In this document: positions 1 to 9,086 of the stretch, in pieces | How the letters are laid out: each line of letters begins with the position of its first letter | Numbering within the stretch: the stretch's first letter is position 1 | Virus record (IMG/VR): IMGVR_UViG_3300014494_000005 | Coordinates: 62,001 to 126,000 of that record | Reading direction: 5' to 3' (one strand) | Length of the DNA stretch: 64,000 nucleotides | Made by a program: the position numbers and the translations under genes | The notes under the pieces: generated by a model | The model's database searches: none | Seen by the model: only the letters and a program-made list of their open reading frames with translations | What the model was told of the DNA's origin: nothing

Positions 1-508
1 CCTGTGTTGCATTTGGGTCTTGTAAATAGATTAACATGATATTACTGAAACTATATTTATGAAATTTATGAGAAAAATCTAAAAATTTTTGAAATTCTGC
101 ACTTGCTGCTCTTTCATCAGTAGCATTTGCAATATCTTCAATATATTGTTCTATTTTTGTTTCAAGTTCTGATTTTGTTTTTGCTGGCATACTTGAATTT
201 TGAACTTCGGATTTAAGATTTTCTAATTGTGACATAAAATCTTCAAGATTACCAGTTTGACCACCTTGTGTTTCTAATTCAGCATTAATTGTTTTTAATC
301 CATCAAGAACTGCAGTACTTAATTTATTTCCGAACATCCACCATTCTTTACCATTCCATTGAAAACCAAGTGCAGATAATTTTTCTTTTACTTTTTTTGT
401 TTCTAAATTTACATCAGAAACTACAATATATCTCACATAAGATTTTCCTTCTTTACTGGTAAGATTTTGCTTTTGTAGATTAACATACTCGAAAATACCT
501 TTTTTCAT
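1..508 (-). CDS. ArdC-like ssDNA-binding (antirestriction) domain protein, partial (runs off left edge; absent from ORF track)
   Basis: Hand translation from ATG at 508: MKKGIFEYVNLQ...EFQKFLDFSHKFHKYSFSNIMLIYLQDPNATQ, open to position 1. The ending matches the ArdC N-terminal pattern F..YSF.N..LI..Q.P.AT. Upstream motif at 525-533. Confidence 0.7.
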   Translation of the reverse strand, partial: MKKGIFEYVNLQKQNLTSKEGKSYVRYIVVSDVNLETKKVKEKLSALGFQWNGKEWWMFGNKLSTAVLDGLKTINAELETQGGQTGNLEDFMSQLENLKSEVQNSSMPAKTKSELETKIEQYIEDIANATDERAASAEFQKFLDFSHKFHKYSFSNIMLIYLQDPNATQ

Positions 509-524
509 AGTATCAAATATTTTT

Positions 525-533
525 TATAAATAC
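525..533 (-). promoter_or_regulatory. Phage GTATTTATA upstream motif
   Basis: Plus TATAAATAC, 17 nt before ATG 508. Confidence 0.7.
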
Positions 534-538
534 TTGAT

Positions 539-1156
539 TTAATTGTAAATTATCTCTGGGTTATTTTTTTTGAGTTTGGTTTTTATATAATTAACTCTAT
601 TACTAATTGTAGAACTTGTAACATTAAATTCTTTTCCAATTTCGCAATAATCGTATCCTTGAACGTATTTCATATCAAGCAATGTAAAATCTTGTGGTGA
701 TATTTGTGTTGAAATATAACTTATTGAACTATTATTTTCGAATTCCATATTATTTGTAGTACATATTCCATTTGCCATAAATGTTAAACTGCATGTATTA
801 TTGGATGTCGTGGTGAATGAATTACTAATATCTGCTGATGATGTAAATGATATATTACCAGTTATTGATGTAGCGGTACAAGAATTATTTCTCCATTTAT
901 CAATCATATAATTTTTAGCAATACTAAAAACCCATGACCTAAATTTTGATTTTGTACAATCAAATGATTTTAAATTTAAAAAAACTTTAATCATTATTTC
1001 AGATACATCATCTTCAAGGTCGTAATAAATAGAATATTTACTTTTTAAAAAATTTTTAACAGATTTTTTATATTTGTTATATAGTTTTTCTTGTGCTTGT
1101 TGATTTCCATTCAAAATATTTTGAATAAGTATCGTATCTTCCTGTTCTATTATCAT
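539..1156 (-). CDS. ECF-type (sigma-70 family) RNA polymerase sigma factor
   Basis: Region 2 (D..LI..IL.GN..A.EKLY..Y; FRSWVFSIAKNYMIDKWR) and region 4 HTH (YDYCEIGKEFNVTSSTISNRVNYIKTKLK). Start moved to MIIEQED at 1156. Confidence 0.85.
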   Translation of the reverse strand: MIIEQEDTILIQNILNGNQQAQEKLYNKYKKSVKNFLKSKYSIYYDLEDDVSEIMIKVFLNLKSFDCTKSKFRSWVFSIAKNYMIDKWRNNSCTATSITGNISFTSSADISNSFTTTSNNTCSLTFMANGICTTNNMEFENNSSISYISTQISPQDFTLLDMKYVQGYDYCEIGKEFNVTSSTISNRVNYIKTKLKKNNPEIIYN

Positions 1157-2147
1157 ATGGTTTTTGTAACTTATTAATAAAATAATCATCTATAGTTAAA
1201 CCTCTTGCAGTATAAAGACTTTTAATTACTTCATCAATTCCTTTATTTTTACGAAGTTCATCTAAATCTTTTTCATTTGGAATTTTAACTAATTTAACCC
1301 TTTCTTCACAGCCAACATAAATAGTATGTAACATATAATATAGTTCTATAGCATTTTTATAGGCATCAGGGTCTAACAAAATAACGACATCAGGTTTTAA
1401 TTCTTGCAGTTTCAAAAACAATGTGGCTGATAATGTTTTTCCTAATATTGGTATAATATTGACGGGAAATGATAACATTTCAAACGCACCTTCAACAAGG
1501 TATACAGTAGAATCCCAATTTACAAAACCTTCATTAAAAATGATTTTATCTTTATCCGCAAATGGATTTAAATATTTTTTTCTTTTTTCTTTCGGGTCAT
1601 AACTTCTACCAACAAAATAATTTATTTCACCGTTCTTATCATAAGATGGAATAATTATTCTTTTAGCATATTTTCCAGTAGTACAAAAACCAAGCCGATA
1701 TTTTAAAATAATATCTCGACTTATTTTTCTTTCATTAATGATATAATTATATGCTTCAAAATGTTCAGGATTTCCTTCTTCTAATTGAGAAAACGATATC
1801 ATTTCATTAGGAAGTTTAATTTGTACAAATTCTTTTTCATCTTCATTATTACTATAATCAATTAAAATGTTAGCATATGACTTATATATATCATAATCCA
1901 TATGACTACCAAACATTCTAATTAACCTACCCAAAGAACCAGAAAATTTAGGTTCATCACATTTCCAACAACGAAACATTCGTTTGGCAGTATTTATTTC
2001 CAAATTAAATTTTTCATCTGGATAAGATAAACCTTCTCTTTCTTGACAACGAGGACAATTTACTTGCAATTGTTCGCTTTGCAAATAACCATTAACATCA
2101 CCAAAAATATTTTGAATGATAGCGTGAAATTCTTGTCCTCTAACCAT
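1077..2147 (-). CDS. dnaG: DNA primase (Zn-ribbon + TOPRIM)
   Basis: CPRC...CWKC zinc finger, IIIPSYD..G...YFVGR, VYLVEG TOPRIM, LLDPDA, KDLDE. Confidence 0.85.
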   Translation of the reverse strand: MVRGQEFHAIIQNIFGDVNGYLQSEQLQVNCPRCQEREGLSYPDEKFNLEINTAKRMFRCWKCDEPKFSGSLGRLIRMFGSHMDYDIYKSYANILIDYSNNEDEKEFVQIKLPNEMISFSQLEEGNPEHFEAYNYIINERKISRDIILKYRLGFCTTGKYAKRIIIPSYDKNGEINYFVGRSYDPKEKRKKYLNPFADKDKIIFNEGFVNWDSTVYLVEGAFEMLSFPVNIIPILGKTLSATLFLKLQELKPDVVILLDPDAYKNAIELYYMLHTIYVGCEERVKLVKIPNEKDLDELRKNKGIDEVIKSLYTARGLTIDDYFINKLQKPYDNRTGRYDTYSKYFEWKSTSTRKTI

Positions 2148-2151
2148 TATA

Positions 2152-2182
2152 CAAATATAAAAAAAAAATGCCCTAAATCAAA
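2152..2182 (-). promoter_or_regulatory. Bacteroidota-type housekeeping promoter upstream of primase
   Basis: Sense TTTG (2182-2179), N19, TATATTTG (2159-2152); exact match to TTTG-N19-21-TAnnTTTG. Confidence 0.65.
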
Positions 2183-2195
2183 GGAATTTAAGGCA
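2159..2195 (-). terminator. Intrinsic terminator
   Basis: Stem TGCCCTAAAT/ATTTAAGGCA (one G-U pair on minus) followed by a U10 run on minus. Confidence 0.65.
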
Positions 2196-2217
2196 AATCA
2201 TATAAATATTTTTAATT

Positions 2218-2568
2218 TTATTTTTTCATTTCATTAATTTTCTTTTCAGAAAATTCAGTACAAAAAGCTAGTTCTTTATCGTTTTCATATAATTCTTCAT
2301 CAAAAGTATTATATTCATAATATTGTTCTTTAATTTCTTGAACAATATTTTCTATATCATCAGTGGTAATATCAACAACTGCACCAATTCGTCTTATTAT
2401 TGGAAATGAGAGTGATTCAATATCTCCATTATTAGATATATCATTTTCTACTAAATAATTTAATAAGAATTCAAATGATGTTGCAACCATTTCTTTTCTA
2501 TCTTCAGGAAGACCATCTAACATTCCAGTTTTAGACCATCTTTCAATAATTTGTTCATTTGTTTTCAT
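2218..2568 (-). CDS. Hypothetical protein resembling a major-capsid-protein N-terminal segment
   Basis: 116-aa ORF; N-terminal IERWSKTGMLDGL..RKEMVA..FE pattern. Confidence 0.55.
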   Translation of the reverse strand: MKTNEQIIERWSKTGMLDGLPEDRKEMVATSFEFLLNYLVENDISNNGDIESLSFPIIRRIGAVVDITTDDIENIVQEIKEQYYEYNTFDEELYENDKELAFCTEFSEKKINEMKK

Positions 2569-2608
2569 AAATATTATATTTAAAAATTCATTTATTTATA
2601 TCAATAAT

Positions 2609-3121
2609 TTAAAACCTTCTAATATTTTCCAAGAAAGGAAAGAATAATATTAAACGATTTAAGAAACCCGGACAATAAATTCTAAAATTACCAATACCTG
2701 ATATAGGGTCAGTACCTAATTGATTATGATTATTTTGTAATTCATTAAACAACTCAATTATTTTTAATTTTATTGCACCATCTCCAACACCATCTTTAAG
2801 ATGTTGATTTTCTTCGAAAATTCTTACATAATCATCTTTTGCAAGGGTTAATTCTGATTTAAGATTTTCATTTGCATTAGAAAGTAATTGAATTTGTTCT
2901 TCAAGCCATTCAATTCCTTTTGGTTCTTCATCAACTTCAAGCAATTCTTCTTCTTTTTTTTCTGATGTTAATTGTACATCTTGTAATAGTTCTTCAACTT
3001 TTTGTTTTGCCTTTAAGTCACGTTCTTCTGCAGGACTAATTATTTTTTCTTCTTCTTTTTCTGGTGTAGATATTTTATTATCTTTTGCCAATTTTATTAA
3101 ATTATTATCTTTTTTTGCCAT
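2609..3121 (-). CDS. Hypothetical acidic coiled-coil protein
   Basis: 170-aa ORF, E/K-rich heptad-like middle, in operon context. Confidence 0.7.
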   Translation of the reverse strand: MAKKDNNLIKLAKDNKISTPEKEEEKIISPAEERDLKAKQKVEELLQDVQLTSEKKEEELLEVDEEPKGIEWLEEQIQLLSNANENLKSELTLAKDDYVRIFEENQHLKDGVGDGAIKLKIIELFNELQNNHNQLGTDPISGIGNFRIYCPGFLNRLILFFPFLENIRRF

Positions 3122-3125
3122 ATTA

Positions 3126-4244
3126 TTAAATTATTTGAGGTTTTAAAATATTTATTAATTTATTATTTAGAAATTCATTAATGTTTTTTTCTTTATATGA
3201 AATTCTTATTAATTGAATATTATTATTCGAACAATATTCATTTTTTATTATATCATTTTGTTTTAAATTTAAAAATTCAATCAATGCCTCATTATCTGAT
3301 AATAATTTATTAAATTTTACTATTTCAAAATGTTGTTTTCCATCAAATTCAATTAATATATTATGATTTGGTAAATAAAAATCAAAAGGAAGTTTAAATA
3401 TTTTTCCAATACAATCGTCAAATTTTTTTTGATGTTCAAATTTAATATTATTATTTTTTAGATAATTAATTATTTGTTGTTCACCTTTACTACTTTTACA
3501 TATAGGACAACCACTACCAACTAAATGATTACTTGTTTTTTGAATAAAAGAACCATGAATAGGACAAATAATTTCAATTTTACTTCTATTTGAAATATAG
3601 ATACTATTGGAATAATCATATTTATTACCATGAATCTTTTTTGCTTTTTCAATAAAAACATCTTTATTACATTTATGACCACAACAATATGAACAACCTG
3701 AACCACCTAAATGGTAATTTGGTTTTTGCTCAAACTCACCATGTTTGGGACATATTATTTTTACTTTACTAATATTATCGACATAAACTACTTTAGAATA
3801 ATCATATTTATTGCTATGAATTTTATTTGCTTTCTCAATAAAATATTCAGTATTCATAAATAGACCAGCACATTTAGCACATCCCTTACCAATTAAATGC
3901 GATTTTGGTTCTTGAAAAAATTCTCCATGTTTAGGACAAATTATAGAAATTGGAGAAGTATTATTAATATAAACTGATTTAGAATAATCATATTTATTAT
4001 TGTGTATAATTTTTACTTTATTGATAAATTCATTTATGTTAGATTTTAATTTTCCATAACAAATAGGACAACCCCGACCACGTAAATGTGAATCTGGTTG
4101 TTGTTCAAATATACCATGCGTCAAACATATAATTTTAATTTTTGTTCTATTATTAAGATAATTAACTAAAGAATAATCATATTCATTGTGATGAATATGA
4201 TTAGCTTTCATTATAAATTCTTTAGTTGTTAATCTTTTTGACAT
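3126..4244 (-). CDS. Homing-endonuclease-like protein: 4 Zn-binding repeats (DUF723-like) + C-terminal PD-(D/E)XK/Vsr-like nuclease
   Basis: Four ~60-aa repeats K.H..KYDYS.V.Y.N....IIC..HG.F.Q.P..HL.G.GC..C, then FDFYLP..NILIEFDG.QH. Start moved to MSKRLTT (4244). Confidence 0.8.
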   Translation of the reverse strand: MSKRLTTKEFIMKANHIHHNEYDYSLVNYLNNRTKIKIICLTHGIFEQQPDSHLRGRGCPICYGKLKSNINEFINKVKIIHNNKYDYSKSVYINNTSPISIICPKHGEFFQEPKSHLIGKGCAKCAGLFMNTEYFIEKANKIHSNKYDYSKVVYVDNISKVKIICPKHGEFEQKPNYHLGGSGCSYCCGHKCNKDVFIEKAKKIHGNKYDYSNSIYISNRSKIEIICPIHGSFIQKTSNHLVGSGCPICKSSKGEQQIINYLKNNNIKFEHQKKFDDCIGKIFKLPFDFYLPNHNILIEFDGKQHFEIVKFNKLLSDNEALIEFLNLKQNDIIKNEYCSNNNIQLIRISYKEKNINEFLNNKLINILKPQII

Positions 4245-4260
4245 TAATGTTTTAATTATA

Positions 4261-5688
4261 TTAATCAATATTTAAATTAGCGTTTAAATGCGCCAATAAT
4301 CCTGTCTTATCGTTCCAGATAAAACCATCTGCAGCTTTTATAGCACCTATAAAACCTTTCGAAAAATGCCATTGGTCAGTACCTGTCAAACTTGATAAAT
4401 ATCTAACAGTAACACCAAGGTCTTCGCTTAATACTTTTGCTTTATCTAAAACTGTGAATTTAATATCTTTTTTACGATGAATGTGCCCAATATGAAATTC
4501 ATGATATAAAGTATTACTCCAATATGGTTTAGATTCAATATCACTTGCCATTAATAATGGTAATGAATTTTCTTTTTCTTCACTACCATGAGTAAATCCA
4601 AGTAAAACATTACCGTGTTTATAATATTTTCGTGGTAAAGCATCGTTATTAACACATACTTGTTCATCACCATTAAACCATGCTTCTAAATATGAACCCA
4701 TATAATAACTACGTTCAAAATCATGATTGCCGGGAATTACAATTATATCAATTGGTACACCAATTTGTTTTAATATATTAATGCCATCAACCAAAAGTTT
4801 AACACCCACTGTAAATGTTTTTTGCCATCTAACATCTTCATCTTGACTAGTTTGATGACTTGTCGTATCAAACATATTATCTGAATTAAAAAAATCATTT
4901 CCAACTGGAAATAATATTCGGGTAATAGGAAATCCACTTGCATGTCTTAATAATGTTTCAATTGCATTAATAAATCTTTTACTTGCGATTTTTATGTCAT
5001 AATCCTCACCAGTTTCGCCATGCCATGCTAATTTACCAAAATGTAAATCAAATATGCTAATTTCGAGTAAATTATTCTCTTCAGATTTTTTTTGTAATTT
5101 TGGAGTAACATTTAAAATAGGTGGTTTATACGTTTGTGCCATGTCAGCAAATATCTTTTGAATATCTATTGCTTCACTAAGTTGAACATCTTTTTCAAGA
5201 CGTGCTTTAACTTGAAAGTTTTGAATTGTTTCAGGATTTTCTTTTTTCCATGAAGTAACATCCCATTTATTAATTACAAAATCTTTTACTTTCCAAATAT
5301 CTAAATCAACATCAGCTACTTCAAGTAATTCATCAAGAGTTTTTATGTGATTTACCGGATAATTTGAACCAGTTTTCCATTCAACTTCCATTTCATTTCC
5401 TTTACCAGTAATAGTTGTTTTTCCATCTGATTTTTCTTTATTTATAATATTATCTTCTTTTATACTAAAACCACGATAATATTTATATTCTTCATATGCT
5501 TGATTAAATAATTCAAATAGTTCATCTTCAAGAATTCCATTATAATATTCATCATATGCCAATGCTTTGATGTTTTTTACATATGTATCTGAATACCCAC
5601 ATTTTACTGAGGCTTCTTTAACCGATATTTGATTTTTTGTTGCGTAATTAAGGATTTCTACTGCTTTTTCTATTCGTTCTTTTTTCAT
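4261..5688 (-). CDS. Calcineurin-like metallophosphoesterase with N-terminal HTH
   Basis: DLHFG, GND, GNHD, THG, GHIH motifs. Likely ATG start at 5688 (MKKERIEK); the track start at 5730 is a TTG. Confidence 0.8.
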   Translation of the reverse strand: MKKERIEKAVEILNYATKNQISVKEASVKCGYSDTYVKNIKALAYDEYYNGILEDELFELFNQAYEEYKYYRGFSIKEDNIINKEKSDGKTTITGKGNEMEVEWKTGSNYPVNHIKTLDELLEVADVDLDIWKVKDFVINKWDVTSWKKENPETIQNFQVKARLEKDVQLSEAIDIQKIFADMAQTYKPPILNVTPKLQKKSEENNLLEISIFDLHFGKLAWHGETGEDYDIKIASKRFINAIETLLRHASGFPITRILFPVGNDFFNSDNMFDTTSHQTSQDEDVRWQKTFTVGVKLLVDGINILKQIGVPIDIIVIPGNHDFERSYYMGSYLEAWFNGDEQVCVNNDALPRKYYKHGNVLLGFTHGSEEKENSLPLLMASDIESKPYWSNTLYHEFHIGHIHRKKDIKFTVLDKAKVLSEDLGVTVRYLSSLTGTDQWHFSKGFIGAIKAADGFIWNDKTGLLAHLNANLNID

Positions 5689-5732
5689 GTATATATAATT
5701 AGATAAAATTATTTTTTGATGTTTTGTCAAAC

Positions 5733-6071
5733 TTAATACAAATATACCAAAAACACAAGGTTTTTTATAAATACATTTCCACTTTTTTTCAAAAATACTA
5801 GATTTTCCTCAATTTTTTGACATTCTTTATTGAAAGTGGTTTCATTAATTACAGATAAATCAAACCATTCACCTTCTTTTTTTAAGTGTGAATATCTTCG
5901 TTGTAATGTTCTTTCGATTTGATGTGCAAATTCTGATTGATATGAATCAATTAATTTTAATTCAGAAGAGTTTCCCGTTTGCAATTCTTTTAGACGTTTA
6001 TTTGGATGCTTAGATACTCCAATTTTATAATAACTATTTTCTAATGATTGAATTAAATATATGTATTTCAT
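5733..6071 (-). CDS. GIY-YIG superfamily protein (T5orf172/MUG113-like)
   Basis: YIYLI...YYKIGVSK.P.KRLKELQTGN...GEWF. Confidence 0.8.
   Translation of the reverse strand: MKYIYLIQSLENSYYKIGVSKHPNKRLKELQTGNSSELKLIDSYQSEFAHQIERTLQRRYSHLKKEGEWFDLSVINETTFNKECQKIEENLVFLKKSGNVFIKNLVFLVYLY
5739..5746 (-). promoter_or_regulatory. Bacteroidota-type -7 element upstream of metallophosphoesterase
   Basis: Sense TATATTTG; no clear -33 box. Confidence 0.4.
5766..5774 (-). promoter_or_regulatory. Phage GTATTTATA upstream motif (inside GIY-YIG gene)
   Basis: Plus TATAAATAC, 78 nt before ATG 5688. Confidence 0.45.
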
Positions 6072-6679
6072 TTAATTATTTTCAATTGTTTTAATCCAGC
6101 AAATCCAACAGCATAACTATCAGACATATCAAAACACATATCTTTTGGTTCTTTACTATCTTTTTTATAAAACCATTCAATTTGGGGTTCTAATTTACAA
6201 ACTTTTTCCCAGATATACAACTTTTTCTTATCACGATATTCAGGTGGAAATGAAAGCGTTTCAACTTTTTCTCCCTTTTTAAATGTAACTTTAACTAATT
6301 CAGAACAAAATATTTTACGTGAGTCATATACACTTATTTTCTTAGGATATAAACCAAATATAGTAAATAAAATATATCTACAAATACCATTGAATCCATA
6401 TAATAATGATACTGTGTTCGCATTATTGCTTCCACCAAGTGGTTCTTCTACAATAATATGTATTATTTCACCGTTAAGTTCATGTAATATACGTTCTTTA
6501 TATTCATTTACATATTTTCTAAAAATTTCTGCTTTATGAATATCTCTAATTTCAACAGGAATATTTTTATCAGTCTTTAATTCAAGATGTTTTAGTTCAA
6601 TAAGTTTTCCTTTATCAGACCATAAAGCACTTCCAATATTAGTTGTACTTATATCTAATGACCATATGTATTTTTCCAT
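6068..6679 (-). CDS. RuvC-like Holliday junction resolvase
   Basis: SLDISTTNIG (D), IIVEEP (E), DMSDSYAVG (DxxD) RNase H-fold catalytic pattern. Confidence 0.75.
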   Translation of the reverse strand: MEKYIWSLDISTTNIGSALWSDKGKLIELKHLELKTDKNIPVEIRDIHKAEIFRKYVNEYKERILHELNGEIIHIIVEEPLGGSNNANTVSLLYGFNGICRYILFTIFGLYPKKISVYDSRKIFCSELVKVTFKKGEKVETLSFPPEYRDKKKLYIWEKVCKLEPQIEWFYKKDSKEPKDMCFDMSDSYAVGFAGLKQLKIIK

Positions 6680-6696
6680 AATAGCATCTTTATATA

Positions 6697-6930
6697 TTAT
6701 ACGTAATTTAAATGTTTTTCTTTAAATTCGTCAATCATTTTTTGAATTGCTTTGGGGTTATCCAAATACAATTGTATAAGGTCTTCGATAACACCACCAA
6801 TTTTTAAACTTTTTCCTTTACATAATAACTTAAATCTATTATGTAAATCACCTTCAATTATAATAGATTTTGGTTTTGTATTACTGAGCGTAAGTAAATC
6901 TTTCATATTTTTATTATAAATTTTATCCAT
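6697..6930 (-). CDS. Ribbon-helix-helix DNA-binding protein
   Basis: KSIII..DLHNRFKLLC....KIGGVIEDLIQLYL; 77 aa; upstream motif. Confidence 0.6.
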   Translation of the reverse strand: MDKIYNKNMKDLLTLSNTKPKSIIIEGDLHNRFKLLCKGKSLKIGGVIEDLIQLYLDNPKAIQKMIDEFKEKHLNYV

Positions 6931-6937
6931 AATTTAT

Positions 6938-6946
6938 AATAAATAC
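6938..6946 (-). promoter_or_regulatory. Phage GTATTTAT upstream motif
   Basis: Plus AATAAATAC, 8 nt before ATG 6930. Confidence 0.6.
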
Positions 6947-6984
6947 TAAGAAACTATAAAAAAATATAAAATTTTATGATTATT

Positions 6985-7728
6985 TTAAAAATCAATTGCA
7001 AAAAGAAGTGTTCTGGAAATTGTTTCATCTTTTGGCACAGGGTCATTCAGTTTACCAATAGCAACTAAATTTTTATTACTATCAAATAATGCAACTTCAC
7101 TAATATAAACTTTAGAAAAACCACCTTCCCAAGATAAATTAGTACTTGAATTAAATTCATTTAAATTTACATTGATTGACATGTCTGTAGTATAAACATC
7201 TGCTTTAATTTCGGTAGTTACATTTCCAAAAAAATATTCTTCATCACCAAAACATAATTGACCTGTTTGACTTGCTGATGGATAATTAAGATAGTCTAAA
7301 TCATAAGTTAAATAATGAGTATAATTTATGAATGGTATTTTAAAAACAATACTTGTTAAATCTTTTGCAGTTAATGGATTATGATGTCCAATAATTTGGT
7401 CGGTAACATCTAAATATTTCCAATCAGTTGATACTGGTTTTGGTATTGGTTGTCCGGGTTGATTAAAAATTCTTTGAAATATTACATATATTCTATTAAC
7501 AGTATATCCTGTTGCAAGTGTAATAGCAGTATATCCTGTTGCACTACTTAAGAATTTAAAATCACTATTGTTTACAAAATTAATGCGAAGTTCTTCTACA
7601 TTAATATTAGTAGTAATAAGTTGTGTGCTATTAATATAATTACAATGAATTGCTCGTCTATATCCTGCTGCTGTATTTCCAGTTGGAACTAATGCGTATG
7701 TTGCATAAATTGTATAAGTAGATGCCAT
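6985..7728 (-). CDS. Virion structural protein (baseplate/tail-collar type)
   Basis: C-terminal ISEVALFDSNKNLVAIGKLNDPVPK resembles the tail-collar/fibre-anchor domain; lies in structural operon. Confidence 0.65.
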   Translation of the reverse strand: MASTYTIYATYALVPTGNTAAGYRRAIHCNYINSTQLITTNINVEELRINFVNNSDFKFLSSATGYTAITLATGYTVNRIYVIFQRIFNQPGQPIPKPVSTDWKYLDVTDQIIGHHNPLTAKDLTSIVFKIPFINYTHYLTYDLDYLNYPSASQTGQLCFGDEEYFFGNVTTEIKADVYTTDMSINVNLNEFNSSTNLSWEGGFSKVYISEVALFDSNKNLVAIGKLNDPVPKDETISRTLLFAIDF

Positions 7729-7733
7729 ATTAT

Positions 7734-9047
7734 TTATGTATTAATTGTATAATTAGGAAGAGTCCAAGACCTATTTGATTTATATGACATTGCATATAAT
7801 AGTTCTTGGTCTTCTATAACAAATATTTTTAATTCAAGAAATACTTTACCAACAGAATATGGCGTTGATGATGTATCATTAACATCAACAAGATAATAAT
7901 AAGCAGTTCTTAATCCATGATTAACATTTTTATCTGCAATATCATACATAGGATTTCCATCTGCTGAATATGCTTTTAATTTAAGTCCTAATTCTGTTTT
8001 TTTTGATTTATGCCACATTATTGTAGGAATTTCTAATACTGGTGAATCTAATAAAAATCCTTCCCCATAAACATTAGCTGGACTTGAATTTGTATAATGA
8101 ATAACCCCCAATTTTTTATAAATAGGTGCTTGATTTTGAATATATGATACAAAACTACCAAATGCTTTGTTTTTAAATTGTGTATATTTTATATTTGCTG
8201 CTTTTACTCCTGCAATTTCTTCTGTAAATATAATTGACATATTCCAAAAAGGAAATATAATTGTTGGACATTGACTATTTTGTAAAAAAGATAAAACACT
8301 TTCATCAAGATATTCAGTAGAAGACATATTTGCTATAGTATCACCAGTATAATGAATTGTATTATAATAAATCATTGCACCTACAGTAATTCCTGAAGAA
8401 AGTCCCAACATACTAAAATCAGGTAATTCTCTATCAACAGTAATATGACGACCATTTTTTGCTAAAGTACCTGATTTTATAGTAATAATTTTATACCATA
8501 AATAAGGTGAGGGATGATTTTTATAAACATAATATCCTGTATGGGGTGTCCATTTTATAAGTAATAAATCACCAGCTTTGGGTTCATTTCCACTTTTGCC
8601 ATATGTTGGTGCTTTATATAATACAAGGTCTAAACCACCCACAATTTCATTTACTCGAACCATTGCATCTGGTTGTTTTACGTGATTACTATCTACAATA
8701 AAATAATCACCATCATTTGTAAAAAATCCTATAGAATCTACTTTATTTTCAACACTATATGAACTAACTGGTATGCTTGATATTACATTATATGGGTCAC
8801 CACTTAAATTTCTTGGAATGAAACTTAATACATTCGGATTCTTATCAACGGGTTTTAATATATTTGTATTAAATGCAGTATATCCAGTAGAAACAGCATT
8901 AACTGCATCTGTATATGCATAATCTACTTCACTATCACCAATAGTATAATATTTAAAATTTAATTTACCTTGAGATAATAATTCTCTACCTTTTGATGTT
9001 AATTTTATGTCTATAACAATAGGGTCTTTTTTTTCAATAAATGCCAT
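7734..9047 (-). CDS. Virion structural protein (baseplate/tail-collar type)
   Basis: N-terminal LTSKGRELLSQG.LNFKYYTIGDSEVDY resembles tail-collar domain start; upstream motif 9064. Confidence 0.65.
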   Translation of the reverse strand: MAFIEKKDPIVIDIKLTSKGRELLSQGKLNFKYYTIGDSEVDYAYTDAVNAVSTGYTAFNTNILKPVDKNPNVLSFIPRNLSGDPYNVISSIPVSSYSVENKVDSIGFFTNDGDYFIVDSNHVKQPDAMVRVNEIVGGLDLVLYKAPTYGKSGNEPKAGDLLLIKWTPHTGYYVYKNHPSPYLWYKIITIKSGTLAKNGRHITVDRELPDFSMLGLSSGITVGAMIYYNTIHYTGDTIANMSSTEYLDESVLSFLQNSQCPTIIFPFWNMSIIFTEEIAGVKAANIKYTQFKNKAFGSFVSYIQNQAPIYKKLGVIHYTNSSPANVYGEGFLLDSPVLEIPTIMWHKSKKTELGLKLKAYSADGNPMYDIADKNVNHGLRTAYYYLVDVNDTSSTPYSVGKVFLELKIFVIEDQELLYAMSYKSNRSWTLPNYTINT

Positions 9048-9063
9048 TTAATTATTATTTAGA

Positions 9064-9072
9064 TATAAATAC
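9064..9072 (-). promoter_or_regulatory. Phage GTATTTATA upstream motif
   Basis: 17 nt before ATG 9047. Confidence 0.7.
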
Positions 9073-9086
9073 AGAATAATTATTTT

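Noticed and set aside
2201-2209. TATAAATAT as another copy of the phage motif
   Set aside because: It lacks the terminal C/G and lies upstream of a terminator relative to the primase gene, so chance occurrence in AT-rich DNA is likely
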